A program made the position numbers and the translations under genes. The notes under the pieces were generated by a model that was given only the letters and a program-made list of their open reading frames with translations, did not search any database and had not been told where the DNA came from. 64,000 bases of DNA, taken from contig JAVRCJ020000003.1 of NCBI GenBank assembly GCA_034530875.2, positions 288,001-352,000 on the forward strand, given 5' to 3'. Shown here in pieces: positions 19,423-29,825 of this stretch. Position 1 is the stretch's first letter. Every line of letters starts with the position of its first letter. Origin of the DNA: Nostoc sp. DedSLP01 (GTDB taxonomy: Bacteria > Cyanobacteriota > Cyanobacteriia > Cyanobacteriales > Nostocaceae).

Positions 19423-21231
19423 GTGGGTAAGATTGCCCATGCTCTAACTGGCAGGATAATTTTGCTTTTACAAGAACGTTATCGTTTAATTAAGCGAATT
19501 GGTCAAGGGGGATTCTGCAAAACCTTCCTCGCTATAGATGAAGGTCAGTTTCCTGAAATTCCTTGTGTGGTTCAAGAATTATCGTCAGAAGTTGAAACAT
19601 TTAAAAGTTTTGAGCAAAAGGCACAAAGACTACAGAAATTAGGAAAGCATCCTCAAATTCCGGCATTATTGAGGTATTTTCAGCAGGGACAGTACTTTTA
19701 TTTAGTTCAGGAATTTATTGCAGGTAGAAATTTAGCTCAGGTGGTTGAAGAGGAAGGGGCTTTTAATGAAACTCAGGTTTGGCAACTTTTAGAGGATTTG
19801 TTACCAGTTTTGCAGTTTATTAGCGATCGCCACATCATCCACCGCGATATTAAGCCCGAAAATATTATCTGTAGAACTCCCCTTAACCCCAAAGGTGAAG
19901 CAAATTTATTCATAGTTGATTTTAGTGCGGTCAAAATTGTTACAGAAACCGATCGCCTCACAGATGAAAACAACATCGGTAGTCCAGAATATACTGCACC
20001 AGAGCAAATTAGAGGCAAAGCAGTTTTTGCTAGCGACCTTTATAGTCTCGGCGTCACTTGCATTTATCTACTTACTCAAATTTCACCCTTTGATTTATTT
20101 GATGTTGCGAGTAATTCCTGGGTTTGGCGAGACTATCTAACTGCTAAAGGCCATATCTGTCAACAAAACACAAAACATTTTAATTTGCCTAAAATACTCA
20201 ATAAATTACTAGAAAATGATGTAAATCAGCGCTTCCAATCAGCTGATGAAGTCATGCAAGCAATGGGTATAGAATCTAAGATTCAGCATCTTAAATTAGC
20301 AAATTATCCGTGGCAATGTTTGCATACTTTAAGCGAATATTCTGCTGTATTAACTAACGTAAATGCCCTTGCATTTTCCCCTGAAGTTAAGATTTTAGCT
20401 AGTACTTATGATGACAAAAATATTAAATTGTGGGATTTAAATTTTAAAAAAGTTTTCGCTATCTTATCCGGACATTCACAAGCCATCAAATCAGTTGCTT
20501 TTAGCCCTGATGGTAAAATTTTGGCAAGTGCTAGCGACGATAAAACTATTAAATTGTGGCAAATTGAGACATTAACAGAAATTTGTACTTTGATGGGACA
20601 CTCCCACGCTGTGAAATCAGTTGCTTTCAGCTCTGATGGCGAGATTCTTGCTAGTGGTAGCTGGGATAAGACAATCAAACTCTGGAATGTAAATACTGGC
20701 GTCGAAATTTGCACTCTCACTGGACATCAACTACAGGTAAATTCAGTCGCTTTTAGTCCCCAAGGACAAATTCTAGCCAGCGCTAGTTATGACAGAACAA
20801 TTCGCTTGTGGCAGATAAATTCCCAAACAGAATTTAAAAACTGCCCATGCTATACCTTGGTAGGTATCCTTTCGGGTCATGCATGGGCAGTTTTGACAGT
20901 CGCTTTTAGCCCTGATGGAAAAATTCTGGCGACGGGTAGCGATGATAACACTATTAAATTATGGGACGCGAACACTGGTCAGCTAATTAGCACACTTGCA
21001 GGCCATTCCTGGTCTGTTGTAGGTGTGGCTTTCACTGCCGATGGCGAAACCCTAATTAGTGCAAGTTGGGACAAGACAGTTAAACTCTGGAGAGTCAGTA
21101 CAGCTCAAGAGATTTTGACTCTTTGCGGCCATACAGACTCAGTATCTGCCATTGCCGTAAGCCAAGTTACACAACTGATTGCAAGTGGCAGCAAGGACAA
21201 GACTATTAAACTCTGGCAGCTTGTAGAATAG
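19423..21231 (+). CDS. Ser/Thr kinase-like domain plus WD40 repeats (possible pseudokinase)
   Basis: GQGGF, HRDIKPEN and APE present; CVVQ and DFS at the VxxK and DFG positions; about seven GH...W repeats. Confidence 0.9.
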   Translation: MGKIAHALTGRIILLLQERYRLIKRIGQGGFCKTFLAIDEGQFPEIPCVVQELSSEVETFKSFEQKAQRLQKLGKHPQIPALLRYFQQGQYFYLVQEFIAGRNLAQVVEEEGAFNETQVWQLLEDLLPVLQFISDRHIIHRDIKPENIICRTPLNPKGEANLFIVDFSAVKIVTETDRLTDENNIGSPEYTAPEQIRGKAVFASDLYSLGVTCIYLLTQISPFDLFDVASNSWVWRDYLTAKGHICQQNTKHFNLPKILNKLLENDVNQRFQSADEVMQAMGIESKIQHLKLANYPWQCLHTLSEYSAVLTNVNALAFSPEVKILASTYDDKNIKLWDLNFKKVFAILSGHSQAIKSVAFSPDGKILASASDDKTIKLWQIETLTEICTLMGHSHAVKSVAFSSDGEILASGSWDKTIKLWNVNTGVEICTLTGHQLQVNSVAFSPQGQILASASYDRTIRLWQINSQTEFKNCPCYTLVGILSGHAWAVLTVAFSPDGKILATGSDDNTIKLWDANTGQLISTLAGHSWSVVGVAFTADGETLISASWDKTVKLWRVSTAQEILTLCGHTDSVSAIAVSQVTQLIASGSKDKTIKLWQLVE

Positions 21232-21253
21232 CACGAGAGTTAATTTTGTAATA

Positions 21254-21553
21254 TCAAGCGCTACCCGTAAAGGCAACTTCCGGAAATTTTAACTGAGCTT
21301 CTGCCATTGGGCGGTTTCTGCCTTCTTCCTGCCAGTAGTTAATCACTTCAGTTGCTTTATTAAGCAACTCGACGCGATCGAGGTCAGTAATCCAGTGTTT
21401 GGATTCGAGTTCCTTCTTTAACTCTTCCCAGGCGTCATTTCTCGGCCAGAAAAAGTACTTGGTCAAAGGACTTGTGCCTTTGCCGACGACTTGATCGACT
21501 GCTAGAGCAACGTTTTCGTCTAACCACAGAATTTTCAAAATAAACTTGGTCAA
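21254..21553 (-). CDS. ycf65: 30S ribosomal protein PSRP-3/Ycf65
   Basis: FILKILWL...[20 protein letters not shown] start with GGAGGT RBS. Confidence 0.93.
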   Translation of the reverse strand: MTKFILKILWLDENVALAVDQVVGKGTSPLTKYFFWPRNDAWEELKKELESKHWITDLDRVELLNKATEVINYWQEEGRNRPMAEAQLKFPEVAFTGSA

Positions 21554-21766
21554 TCACACCTCCGGGAATTTCCGGGCATTACTTAACTAGGATAGCGATC
21601 GCTTATTTTAACGCAATACTCTATCAATGAACAAATGATAAATGGGCATACGCTAAACAGGGCATTGGAAAATGAGAGTGATAAAAAATGTCGATGACCA
21701 GAATTTATTACCCAATTTAATGATTGAAAATGGGTTAACATCAGGTGCAGTCAGCGCTAACTACAG

Positions 21767-22243
21767 ATGCTTATGAGTGCTCAACTACCTCAATCTTCAA
21801 TAACATCTGGTTCAGATTTGTATGAGCAAGACTTTTACTTGTGGATTCAAACGACAGCAGAACTACTCAAGCAAAAGAATTTTACACAACTGGACTTAGA
21901 GAATTTAATTGAAGAAATTGAAACAATGGGTAGGAGTGAAAAGAAAGCACTCAGAAGCAATTTGGAAGTGGTACTAATGCATCTATTAAAGTATCAGTAT
22001 CAACCAGAAAAGCGGCCTGGGAGTTGGCAAGCAACGATTCGAGAGCATCGCAAACGCCTCAGAGAAGCTCTAGAAGAAAGTCCTAGCCTGAAACCTTATT
22101 TTGATGAGGTTCTTGGGCAGTGTTATGACCATGCTAGACTATTGGCTGCCGATGAAACTGAATTAGTTGTAGCTACGTTCCCTGAACAATCTCCCTTCAC
22201 CTCAGAGCAAGTCCTTGAACCCAATTTTTTACCTGAGTCGTAA
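21767..22243 (+). CDS. DUF29 domain protein
   Basis: LYEQDFYLW, LDLENLIEEI, HLLKYQYQ, SPSLK. Confidence 0.93.
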   Translation: MLMSAQLPQSSITSGSDLYEQDFYLWIQTTAELLKQKNFTQLDLENLIEEIETMGRSEKKALRSNLEVVLMHLLKYQYQPEKRPGSWQATIREHRKRLREALEESPSLKPYFDEVLGQCYDHARLLAADETELVVATFPEQSPFTSEQVLEPNFLPES

Positions 22244-22287
22244 TCACAAGCTCTATGATGATGTAAAACTGTTTTGCTTCCTACTCC

Positions 22288-23094
22288 ATGACTCAAGAAA
22301 CTTCTATAAAAGCAGCCGTTGTTTTTGATATTGATGGTGTTGTGCGTGATGTCAGTGGTTCCTATCGCCGAGCGATCGCCGATACTGTAGAATACTTCAC
22401 AAATTCTGCATATCGTCCCACACCCATAGATATCGACCAACTCAAATCTGAAGGTGTATGGAATAACGATTGGGAAGCATCCCAGGAATTAATTTATCGC
22501 TACTTTACGGCTGGTGGACAGACCCGCGACCAATTGCAACTAGATTACAATGCGATCGTTGCTTTTTTCCAATCGCGTTACCGAGGTCCAGACCCCAATA
22601 ATTTGACGGGGTATATCTGTGATGAACCTTTATTATTACAACCTACTTATTTAGAGCAACTTACCCAAGCTGGGATTGCTTGGGGATTTTTCAGCGGTGC
22701 AACGCGTGTTTCGGCTAACTATATTTTAGAAAAACGCCTGGGTTTGCAATCTCCGGTATTAATTGCGATGGAAGATGCACCGGGTAAACCCGACCCTACT
22801 GGACTTTTTGCTACAGTTGCTCAACTAGAAAATGGAACTGAGCAAAAATCAGCGATCGTGTATGTGGGGGATACGGTAGCAGATATGTATACTATTGAGA
22901 AAGCAAGGAATTTAGATTCTACTCGCACTTGGATTGGTGTCGGGGTTCTACCGCCCCACGTGCAAGAAACAGCAGCGCGGGGTGATGCATATAGTGAAAC
23001 ACTGCTAAGAGCTGGAGCTGCTATAGTTTTGCCTAATGTGGAAGAATTGACCCCAAATCAGATTCACAAATTAACGAGCAGAATCTGTGGTTAA
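22288..23094 (+). CDS. HAD-superfamily hydrolase (TIGR01548-like)
   Basis: FDIDGV, KPDP, YVGDTVAD. Confidence 0.9.
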   Translation: MTQETSIKAAVVFDIDGVVRDVSGSYRRAIADTVEYFTNSAYRPTPIDIDQLKSEGVWNNDWEASQELIYRYFTAGGQTRDQLQLDYNAIVAFFQSRYRGPDPNNLTGYICDEPLLLQPTYLEQLTQAGIAWGFFSGATRVSANYILEKRLGLQSPVLIAMEDAPGKPDPTGLFATVAQLENGTEQKSAIVYVGDTVADMYTIEKARNLDSTRTWIGVGVLPPHVQETAARGDAYSETLLRAGAAIVLPNVEELTPNQIHKLTSRICG

Positions 23095-23188
23095 AAATAA
23101 GTTAATTTAGATATAGATATTATTTCTCAATTAACCTCAAAAAGCATTGACACTTAAGCTGCAAAGCGGCAGTAATTATTAATCCCCC

Positions 23189-24016
23189 ATGAACATTTTC
23201 AGTAACTTACTTCCTCAACCAACTCAGCCTGCACCTGCAAAAAAACAACGTCGAGGAATTGAAATTAAATCCCCGCGTGAAATTGAAATCATGCGGCAAT
23301 CAGCGACAATTGTAGCAACTGTGCTAAAAGAAATTTCTGAATTAGTAAAGCCAGGAATGACGACAGCTGATTTGGATGCTTATGCGGAAAAACGCATCCG
23401 TGAAATGGGTGCCACACCAAGTTTTAAAGGATATCATGGGTTTCCAGGTTCTATTTGCTCCAGTATTAATAATGAAGTAGTACATGGTATTCCTAGCCCC
23501 AAGAAAGTAATCCGTCCTGGGGATGTATTAAAAGTCGATACAGGCGCTTATTACCAAGGGTTTCATGGTGATTCTTGCATTACAATTGCCGTTGGAGAAG
23601 TGACCCCACTAGCTGCTAAACTAATTCGCGTTGCAGAAGAAGCTTTATATAAAGGTATCGAACAAGTTAAAGCTGGTGCTTACTTGCTCGATTTAGCCGG
23701 GCCGATTGAAGACCATGTGAAAGCTAACGGCTTTAGTATTGTTGAAGAGTTTACCGGACATGGTGTCGGTCGCAACTTGCATGAAGAACCTTCAGTATTC
23801 AACTTCCGTACCCGCGAACTGCCAAATGTTAAACTTCGTGCGGGGATGACGTTGGCAATTGAACCAATTGTAAATGCGGGTTCTAGACATACGCGGACAT
23901 TATCTGACCGTTGGACAGCTGTGACTGTGGATAATGCTTTGTCGGCGCAGTTTGAACATACGGTATTAGTGACGGAAACTGGTTATGAGATTTTAACTGA
24001 CCGTTCTAAGGTTTAA
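23189..24016 (+). CDS. map: Type I methionine aminopeptidase
   Basis: VVHGIP, HGDS, GHGVG...HEEP, AIEP, AQFEHT. Confidence 0.97.
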   Translation: MNIFSNLLPQPTQPAPAKKQRRGIEIKSPREIEIMRQSATIVATVLKEISELVKPGMTTADLDAYAEKRIREMGATPSFKGYHGFPGSICSSINNEVVHGIPSPKKVIRPGDVLKVDTGAYYQGFHGDSCITIAVGEVTPLAAKLIRVAEEALYKGIEQVKAGAYLLDLAGPIEDHVKANGFSIVEEFTGHGVGRNLHEEPSVFNFRTRELPNVKLRAGMTLAIEPIVNAGSRHTRTLSDRWTAVTVDNALSAQFEHTVLVTETGYEILTDRSKV

Positions 24017-24044
24017 TTGCTAGTTAAACTTAGATGGTGTTGAG

Positions 24045-24089
24045 AGAGGCGAAGCATTAAAATAAGGCGATTTGCCTCTTCATTTTTTT
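24045..24089 (+). terminator. Probable map terminator
   Basis: agaggc...gcctct followed by a T-tract. Confidence 0.5.
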
Positions 24090-24347
24090 ATCCTTGAGTA
24101 TATTGATTTTTGAAATCAATTTTAGATTTTTAACAAAAATCGACCTACAACAAAGAGAATCAAGAATCAATAGCAGATTGGCTTAAAGAAAATTGTATTA
24201 AGATAAGCCATTAATTTGTCACAAAATTTATTTGATGTGCTGTTTGTAGCGATCGCTAATTTTTGACTTTCATTTTATTGCTTCAGTATCTTGACATGGA
24301 TAAAGTCAAGCTCAGATTTTCTGCAAAATCTAAACTCTCAAATGCGG

Positions 24348-24605
24348 TTATGAGCCAAATTTCCCTTTAATTAAACGGTGAAACAAGCGGCAAGGCCAGA
24401 AGAAAGCTCCACAAATACTCACTGAAGCTATAACAGCGACAATTCGCCAATTCAAATTAGGCGAATTGTCAGGCTGTAAGGACTGAGCTTGTGTGCTTTT
24501 AATCAGTTCTGGCGCAGAATCAGAGAGCTGGCTGGCTGTACTCACCCCTTCAATCGCTGCTCCAATTAGATAAGCTACCAGGGCAATTATTAGCCAGTAG
24601 TTCAT
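24348..24605 (-). CDS. Small hypothetical membrane protein
   Basis: 85 aa with two hydrophobic segments. Confidence 0.65.
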   Translation of the reverse strand: MNYWLIIALVAYLIGAAIEGVSTASQLSDSAPELIKSTQAQSLQPDNSPNLNWRIVAVIASVSICGAFFWPCRLFHRLIKGKFGS

Positions 24606-24668
24606 TCTGTTACACTATTTGAACTGTAAACGTATGCTTGGCAGCGAACAATCATTTGGTTTGTTGTC

Positions 24669-24908
24669 CTAATGATTGCCACCTTGTCCTAACGATAATC
24701 GACCCTCAGCCGTATCGCGAATTAGAGGCAGTTTAGATTTTATATAACTATTGAGGCTACTATCTACCTGAGCATCAATTCCCTGCTTCGCTTTTAATTG
24801 CTGAAGGAGCAATTGTACTAAAGCGGCATCGTCAAAGTTGAGTAGGGTGTTGACCTGGGTAGATTCGATTACAGCCCAGAGCTGTTGCATCATTTTGGGA
24901 GCGATCAT
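24669..24908 (-). CDS. Hypothetical protein
   Basis: 79-aa ORF with protein-like composition (LWAVIESTQ...KLPLIRD). Confidence 0.75.
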   Translation of the reverse strand: MIAPKMMQQLWAVIESTQVNTLLNFDDAALVQLLLQQLKAKQGIDAQVDSSLNSYIKSKLPLIRDTAEGRLSLGQGGNH

Positions 24909-25253
24909 GAGCGTGTAACTTTTTTAATATTTTCTTTATATTTGCACGAATTCCTCATTTGCGACTGCTTTTTATTTGAATATTTGTAAAGATACAGCTT
25001 AAAAGTGCCTCATTCAGTGAATACGCTTGGATTAAGGCTGAAATCCTTGGGTAGTCTGGAGTAGGAAGCACAGAGATAACAACAGAGGAAACAAATCGCA
25101 ACGAGTCTTTGCTGGCAAGTTTTGATGCCTAGCTTAAAAAATAGCTTTGGACGGAGGGGCGGAACTGCGCAGGGGAGCAGAGGAGAGCACTTCCTCTGTG
25201 TTCCCTCTGCTCCCTCTACTTCCATCCTTTTTTCTAAGGTCAATAGCCAAATT

Positions 25254-25829
25254 TTATTGCGATTTCCTCACACAAGAGGGTTGCTCGCCAGAAGGAGGAT
25301 CAGGGTAAATTGCTAGAGTGTGATAGTCTGGAGCCTCGTTACCATATATCACTCGAAAAGTATAGAGTTTGTTCGTACCTTGAGCTTCGGTAACAACTGT
25401 TAAAAGTGTATTCTCAGTTTTAGGAAGGCCGGGAATCTTCAGTTTGGGGATTCGCCTGAGTTGAATTACATTTGCTGCTGAGTTTTTACAATCTCCAGTA
25501 CTAGTGTTCGGTTCGCTACCAAACTGCATACATACCGGGCCATCAAAATCTATAGTGACTTGCGATGGATCGTTTAACCAAACTTTTTTAATTACTTCTC
25601 CCGCAGGAATAAAACTTAAGTTTGTTCCTTGCTGATAGGAAATATCGATGGTGGGTATTACTCCACTTAAACCCTGTGCTTGACAAGAAAATAAGGAACG
25701 CAGAACAGCATTATTAGCTACAGCACGACCTACCAATAACAACATAGTAACCGAAAAAATTAAGGAAGCTATAGGTAGGAAATAAGAGTTATTTAGAGCA
25801 TTTCCTGGTAACTTAATACTATTTTTCAT
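25254..25829 (-). CDS. Exported protein, candidate VirB9/TraK-like core component
   Basis: Signal or TM N-terminus; beta-rich (GEVIKKVWLNDPS, TLLTVVT, YTFRV); last gene of T4SS-like cluster. VirB9 label is positional inference. Confidence 0.6.
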   Translation of the reverse strand: MKNSIKLPGNALNNSYFLPIASLIFSVTMLLLVGRAVANNAVLRSLFSCQAQGLSGVIPTIDISYQQGTNLSFIPAGEVIKKVWLNDPSQVTIDFDGPVCMQFGSEPNTSTGDCKNSAANVIQLRRIPKLKIPGLPKTENTLLTVVTEAQGTNKLYTFRVIYGNEAPDYHTLAIYPDPPSGEQPSCVRKSQ

Positions 25830-25960
25830 GGTTAAGAATGGGGATATTGGTAGATAGAACAGAGGGAGAAAAGGCTTAGAGACTCAAGGTAATAAAATAT
25901 CCCAATATCTATTGTCGGATAGGTGTCTCAACCCTCCTCTTAACTGGGCGGACTAAAAGC

Positions 25961-26152
25961 CATTGGTGTCAACTTAAGTTCAAACACTCAATTTACCGTG
26001 GTTTTAGATCCCTCAACCCCCTTAAAAAAGGGCAAAAGATTCTAGTTCCCCCTTTTTCAAGGGGGTTAGGGGGGATCGAAAATCTAGGTAGTACATCAAA
26101 AAATTTTGAAATGCTTATCAGACTTCGCTTTCATGTGAAGTTGACACTAATG
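25961..26152. mobile_element. MITE-like element (192 bp)
   Basis: TIRs cattggtgtcaactt / aagttgacactaatg (14/15); flanks actaaaagc / actaatagc resemble a 9-bp target duplication; internal GC-rich hairpin. Confidence 0.75.
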
Positions 26153-26343
26153 ACTAATAGCCCACCCCACAAGTAATAGTAATTTATTTGTTGGGGTTCC
26201 GTTATTCCAAAGATATTGAAAATATACGGTAAAAAAACTATTTACAAAAAACTAATACTTAATCAAAGCCTGCAAATTCCTGTACGTAAAAAGTCAGGAT
26301 TGAGCCTCAGCTGAAAGTTGCAAATTGAGATAAACTCTATCTT

Positions 26344-27939
26344 CTAAAATTGCATTACTTGGTTGACATATATTTCAATATTTGTGCCTGCTGGGACGAA
26401 CCAAATATTAGTTTGTTGTGACATTTGGGCGATCGCCTGTTGGTTGCGTTGGGCAATTTGCGGTACTACAGAGTTCATACCACCTTCAACAATGCCTGCT
26501 GCAATATTTTCCCCACTGTTAGTGTTACTAACAACTGTGCTGCCACCATTGATTGTGACAACTTGACCGTCAGTGCGATTCATTAACTCTGCTGCTTTCC
26601 CAATACCTCCCAATACAAATAGTCCTAGATCCATTGATGCTATGGATGAGCTTTGATTGGGGAATTTATTGGCTATTAATGGTCTACCTTTAGCACCGCG
26701 AATAATAATTGCATTATCGGGTAAGTTTTGTTCTATCAGGTTGCCATCAACTTTAGAGATAAATTTGACTACCTTCATCTGCAAAAGACCTTGTTCTGAA
26801 AGAGAACTAATTTCAGTGAGAAATTCGGTATTTGCAGGTAGAGCTACCTCACCATTGGTAGATTTTAGTGGTTCTTTCAATCGCACCACAAATGTATTTT
26901 TATTTGCTGTTCCTTCCTCATTGCCTCCTCTAGTAGTTTCGCCAAATATTGCTGTTGCGAATACGGCTTTGGCACTAGTGCCGATCGCCACAGATTTTTC
27001 TCCCTGTGGTTGCCCTTGGGCGACTACAGCATTTCCTTGTTCTGGGGTTACCTGGGAATTGGGGTTTTCATTGGGATTGGGGTTTGGCGTCTGTTGAGGC
27101 GACTGCACTTCGTTTTGAGGTTGGGAAGCTGCTGCAACATTATTAGGTTGCTCGATCGCATTTACTTGGCCGTAGCTACCTAACTTTGCCAGTTTTGTCC
27201 ACTCATCAAATGGGTTTGGTGGGGGTGGCGGAGTGATGCTGACTACGGGTTGAGTGGTTGATTGGAGAACAGGTAGTTGGGGTCTTGGTGAAGCTTGAGG
27301 AGCAGGTACTCTGACAATGCGCTCAACTGTAACTGGTCGAGGGACGTAAACTGTTGGTGCTGGTGTTGGTATCACTTGCTGTCTCCTTATTCCAGAAGAT
27401 GATGGTTCTAGCTGTGAGACTGCTGTAGGCGTCGATCTTGCCATTCTCAGCTGTTCTTGGGCGGCCTTTACTGTCTGCGTTTGTTGCGTCAGGGCTAATT
27501 TCGTTTTCAGAATTTCGATTTCGCCTTTTAGCTGCTCGGGAGTCGATTGATTTGTTGGCTGCGGCTGCACTTGTTGGGTAACAATATTTCTGGGCTTTTG
27601 ATTGCTGCTACTCATCAATTGCGACAAAAATACACCAGCTACCAAAACTACTGCCAAAGTAGCAGCACCTACTAGACTTAATTTGGCAAAGGGGTTCGAT
27701 GAGAGGGGTTGCTCTGTCTTAACTTCCTCTGGTTCCAGAGATGGTTGTGAGATTTCAGAGTCTTCTGATATTTGCCGCAGGCTTTGCCCGCCGTGGGCAT
27801 CGCTAGAAAATTCTTCTTCAAAGCCAACCAACCGTGCTATCCGCGATTCCCAATCTAGAGATTCTACTGGGCGATGGTCGGTGTCTAGATTTAATAAATT
27901 TGGTGGATGGGTTTCTGTCGAAACTGAATATTTAGTCAT
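26344..27939 (-). CDS. TrbI/VirB10-like protein
   Basis: Single TM, coiled coil, Pro/Gln-rich linker, C-terminal beta domain (LPANTEF...WFVPAGTNIEIYVN). Confidence 0.8.
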   Translation of the reverse strand: MTKYSVSTETHPPNLLNLDTDHRPVESLDWESRIARLVGFEEEFSSDAHGGQSLRQISEDSEISQPSLEPEEVKTEQPLSSNPFAKLSLVGAATLAVVLVAGVFLSQLMSSSNQKPRNIVTQQVQPQPTNQSTPEQLKGEIEILKTKLALTQQTQTVKAAQEQLRMARSTPTAVSQLEPSSSGIRRQQVIPTPAPTVYVPRPVTVERIVRVPAPQASPRPQLPVLQSTTQPVVSITPPPPPNPFDEWTKLAKLGSYGQVNAIEQPNNVAAASQPQNEVQSPQQTPNPNPNENPNSQVTPEQGNAVVAQGQPQGEKSVAIGTSAKAVFATAIFGETTRGGNEEGTANKNTFVVRLKEPLKSTNGEVALPANTEFLTEISSLSEQGLLQMKVVKFISKVDGNLIEQNLPDNAIIIRGAKGRPLIANKFPNQSSSIASMDLGLFVLGGIGKAAELMNRTDGQVVTINGGSTVVSNTNSGENIAAGIVEGGMNSVVPQIAQRNQQAIAQMSQQTNIWFVPAGTNIEIYVNQVMQF

Positions 27940-28640
27940 GGTAAAGCTTTATTTAGATTTCCAGAACAATTGTTATCTTGGATTTCACAGACATTATAAA
28001 TTTCTAGTCTGGCTTCACCAAGACGGTAAACAGCAAATTGCGAGGGAAGCGGTGCATTTGGGAGTGAAGTTGCTGGTTCATTTATTGCTCTAACTAAAAT
28101 TTGTTTATTAAATGCAATGGATTTTCCCAATTTATCATAACTACTAAAAGTTAATTGATTGGCAAGCATCTCTACTTTCCATCTGCCTTCGCCTATTTTT
28201 GTTGGTTGAGAAATTTTTTGAATTACTAATACATTTTCGGCTCCTCTATTCACATTTTCAAATTGGCGATCGGGATTTAAGTCAGTCAGTTGTGACTTGA
28301 GTTTTTCTTGAAATTCATCAGCTACTAATTGAGAGCTAATTTCCCAAACTGTTTTTGGCGGCTGTTGTGGTGACCAGTTCAGCATTAAACTCATAGTTTC
28401 ACCAACAAAGCGCCGAATAGTTTCTGGTTGTCGCTCTAAATTTGGTTGGGGGTCTACTGTAATCGCACGACCATCAATAAGTTGTACTAAACTTTGAGGC
28501 GTGAGTTGACGACCTAACTGTTGTAACATAGACCAGTGAAATATTAGTAACAGTAAGGTTAATACATTTAAACCAAACGTTGCTACTGCCAACAATGGTA
28601 AAGCGTTACTTTTTTTATTTTCTGATTTAAATATTTGCAT
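27936..28640 (-). CDS. Bitopic membrane protein, VirB8-like candidate
   Basis: N-terminal TM; paralogous to 28868-29692; 4-bp overlap with virB10-like gene. Confidence 0.65.
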   Translation of the reverse strand: MQIFKSENKKSNALPLLAVATFGLNVLTLLLLIFHWSMLQQLGRQLTPQSLVQLIDGRAITVDPQPNLERQPETIRRFVGETMSLMLNWSPQQPPKTVWEISSQLVADEFQEKLKSQLTDLNPDRQFENVNRGAENVLVIQKISQPTKIGEGRWKVEMLANQLTFSSYDKLGKSIAFNKQILVRAINEPATSLPNAPLPSQFAVYRLGEARLEIYNVCEIQDNNCSGNLNKALP

Positions 28641-28867
28641 GAAGAATTTATTTTATATTTAATTGCACTATCTTGTCAGGAGTCAGAAGCCAGGATAAGA
28701 TTTGAGAAATGAATGTACATTATAGGTTTAAGAAACTTAATGTACGTCATTGAGGTCTAATAGCTAGGCAGGGTCTCTATTCTGATTCTTACTTTCAAGT
28801 ACTAAATTCTTAATTCTTCTGTATTCATCATAACTAAAATTTTTATCAATTCTCACTTCTTAAGTTT

Positions 28868-29692
28868 TTACCTAATAAAGTTATCAGTTCTTTGCTGAGT
28901 TTTGCATTCTCTTAATTGAGTTTCATTGAGATTATTGTAGTTATCTAACAAACATAATTCTCGGATTTCATAAATCTCGAGTCTATCAGACCGGACAATA
29001 TAAATAGCTTTTTGTAGGTCAGTGCCAGTCTCGATTTGGGAATTAGCGAAATAATCTGTTGCCCGTACAAGAAAGTCTTTGTTAAAAGGAGTTACGACTT
29101 GTCTGTTATCACCTCGATTCTTTTGAATTAAGTCGGCTACCATACCCACTCGCCACTGACCCGCTGCAATTTCTTTTGGGGGATAAATTCGTTTAATTAC
29201 TAAGCGTGATGTCATCCCTTGGTTGGGATTTTCACTAAAAACTTCTGGTGGCGTGAGTTCAGCAATTGTGCTTAAGAAACCTTTGCGAAAGTCTTCTGAT
29301 AAAGCAAAACTAGCTATCCAGCTAGTGGTACTAATTTTCTGGCTACCGCCTTGGGGTGTTTTAATGGGTATTCCCAAATCTGGTTTGGGGTTTGCGGCTT
29401 CTTCAATCCTTTGTGGGGGTAGGGTTCCCGACCAGTTAAACATTGCGGTCATCGTTTTGCTGATGAATTGGCGAATTGCTTCTGGTTCTCTTTTTAAATC
29501 ATCAATTTCCCCTACTGGTTTCCCATCTATTAATTGCACAAAGTTAGGAGGTTTTCTCAGACTCAATTGGCGAATGGTTAAGCCTTGAAATAAAAATAAA
29601 AGTAACACTAATATGTGCAAACCAAAAGTAGCGATCGCAAAAAGTGTTAAAACACTTGCCGTTCTTTGTTTTTTCTCTAACAAACGTACCAT
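28868..29692 (-). CDS. Bitopic membrane protein, VirB8-like candidate
   Basis: N-terminal TM; VQLIDG, FNK..LVRA and RLEIY shared with neighbour. Confidence 0.65.
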   Translation of the reverse strand: MVRLLEKKQRTASVLTLFAIATFGLHILVLLLFLFQGLTIRQLSLRKPPNFVQLIDGKPVGEIDDLKREPEAIRQFISKTMTAMFNWSGTLPPQRIEEAANPKPDLGIPIKTPQGGSQKISTTSWIASFALSEDFRKGFLSTIAELTPPEVFSENPNQGMTSRLVIKRIYPPKEIAAGQWRVGMVADLIQKNRGDNRQVVTPFNKDFLVRATDYFANSQIETGTDLQKAIYIVRSDRLEIYEIRELCLLDNYNNLNETQLRECKTQQRTDNFIR

Positions 29693-29825
29693 TTAATCAC
29701 CTCCTGCACTCAAAAACTTCCTTTGTTATCGTAGGCAATAAATTTTGATTTTTATCTCATGATTCTTTCATAATTCTGAATTCTGGGTTCTTAATTCTGG
29801 ATTCTGAGTTCTGAATTATTTTTAC

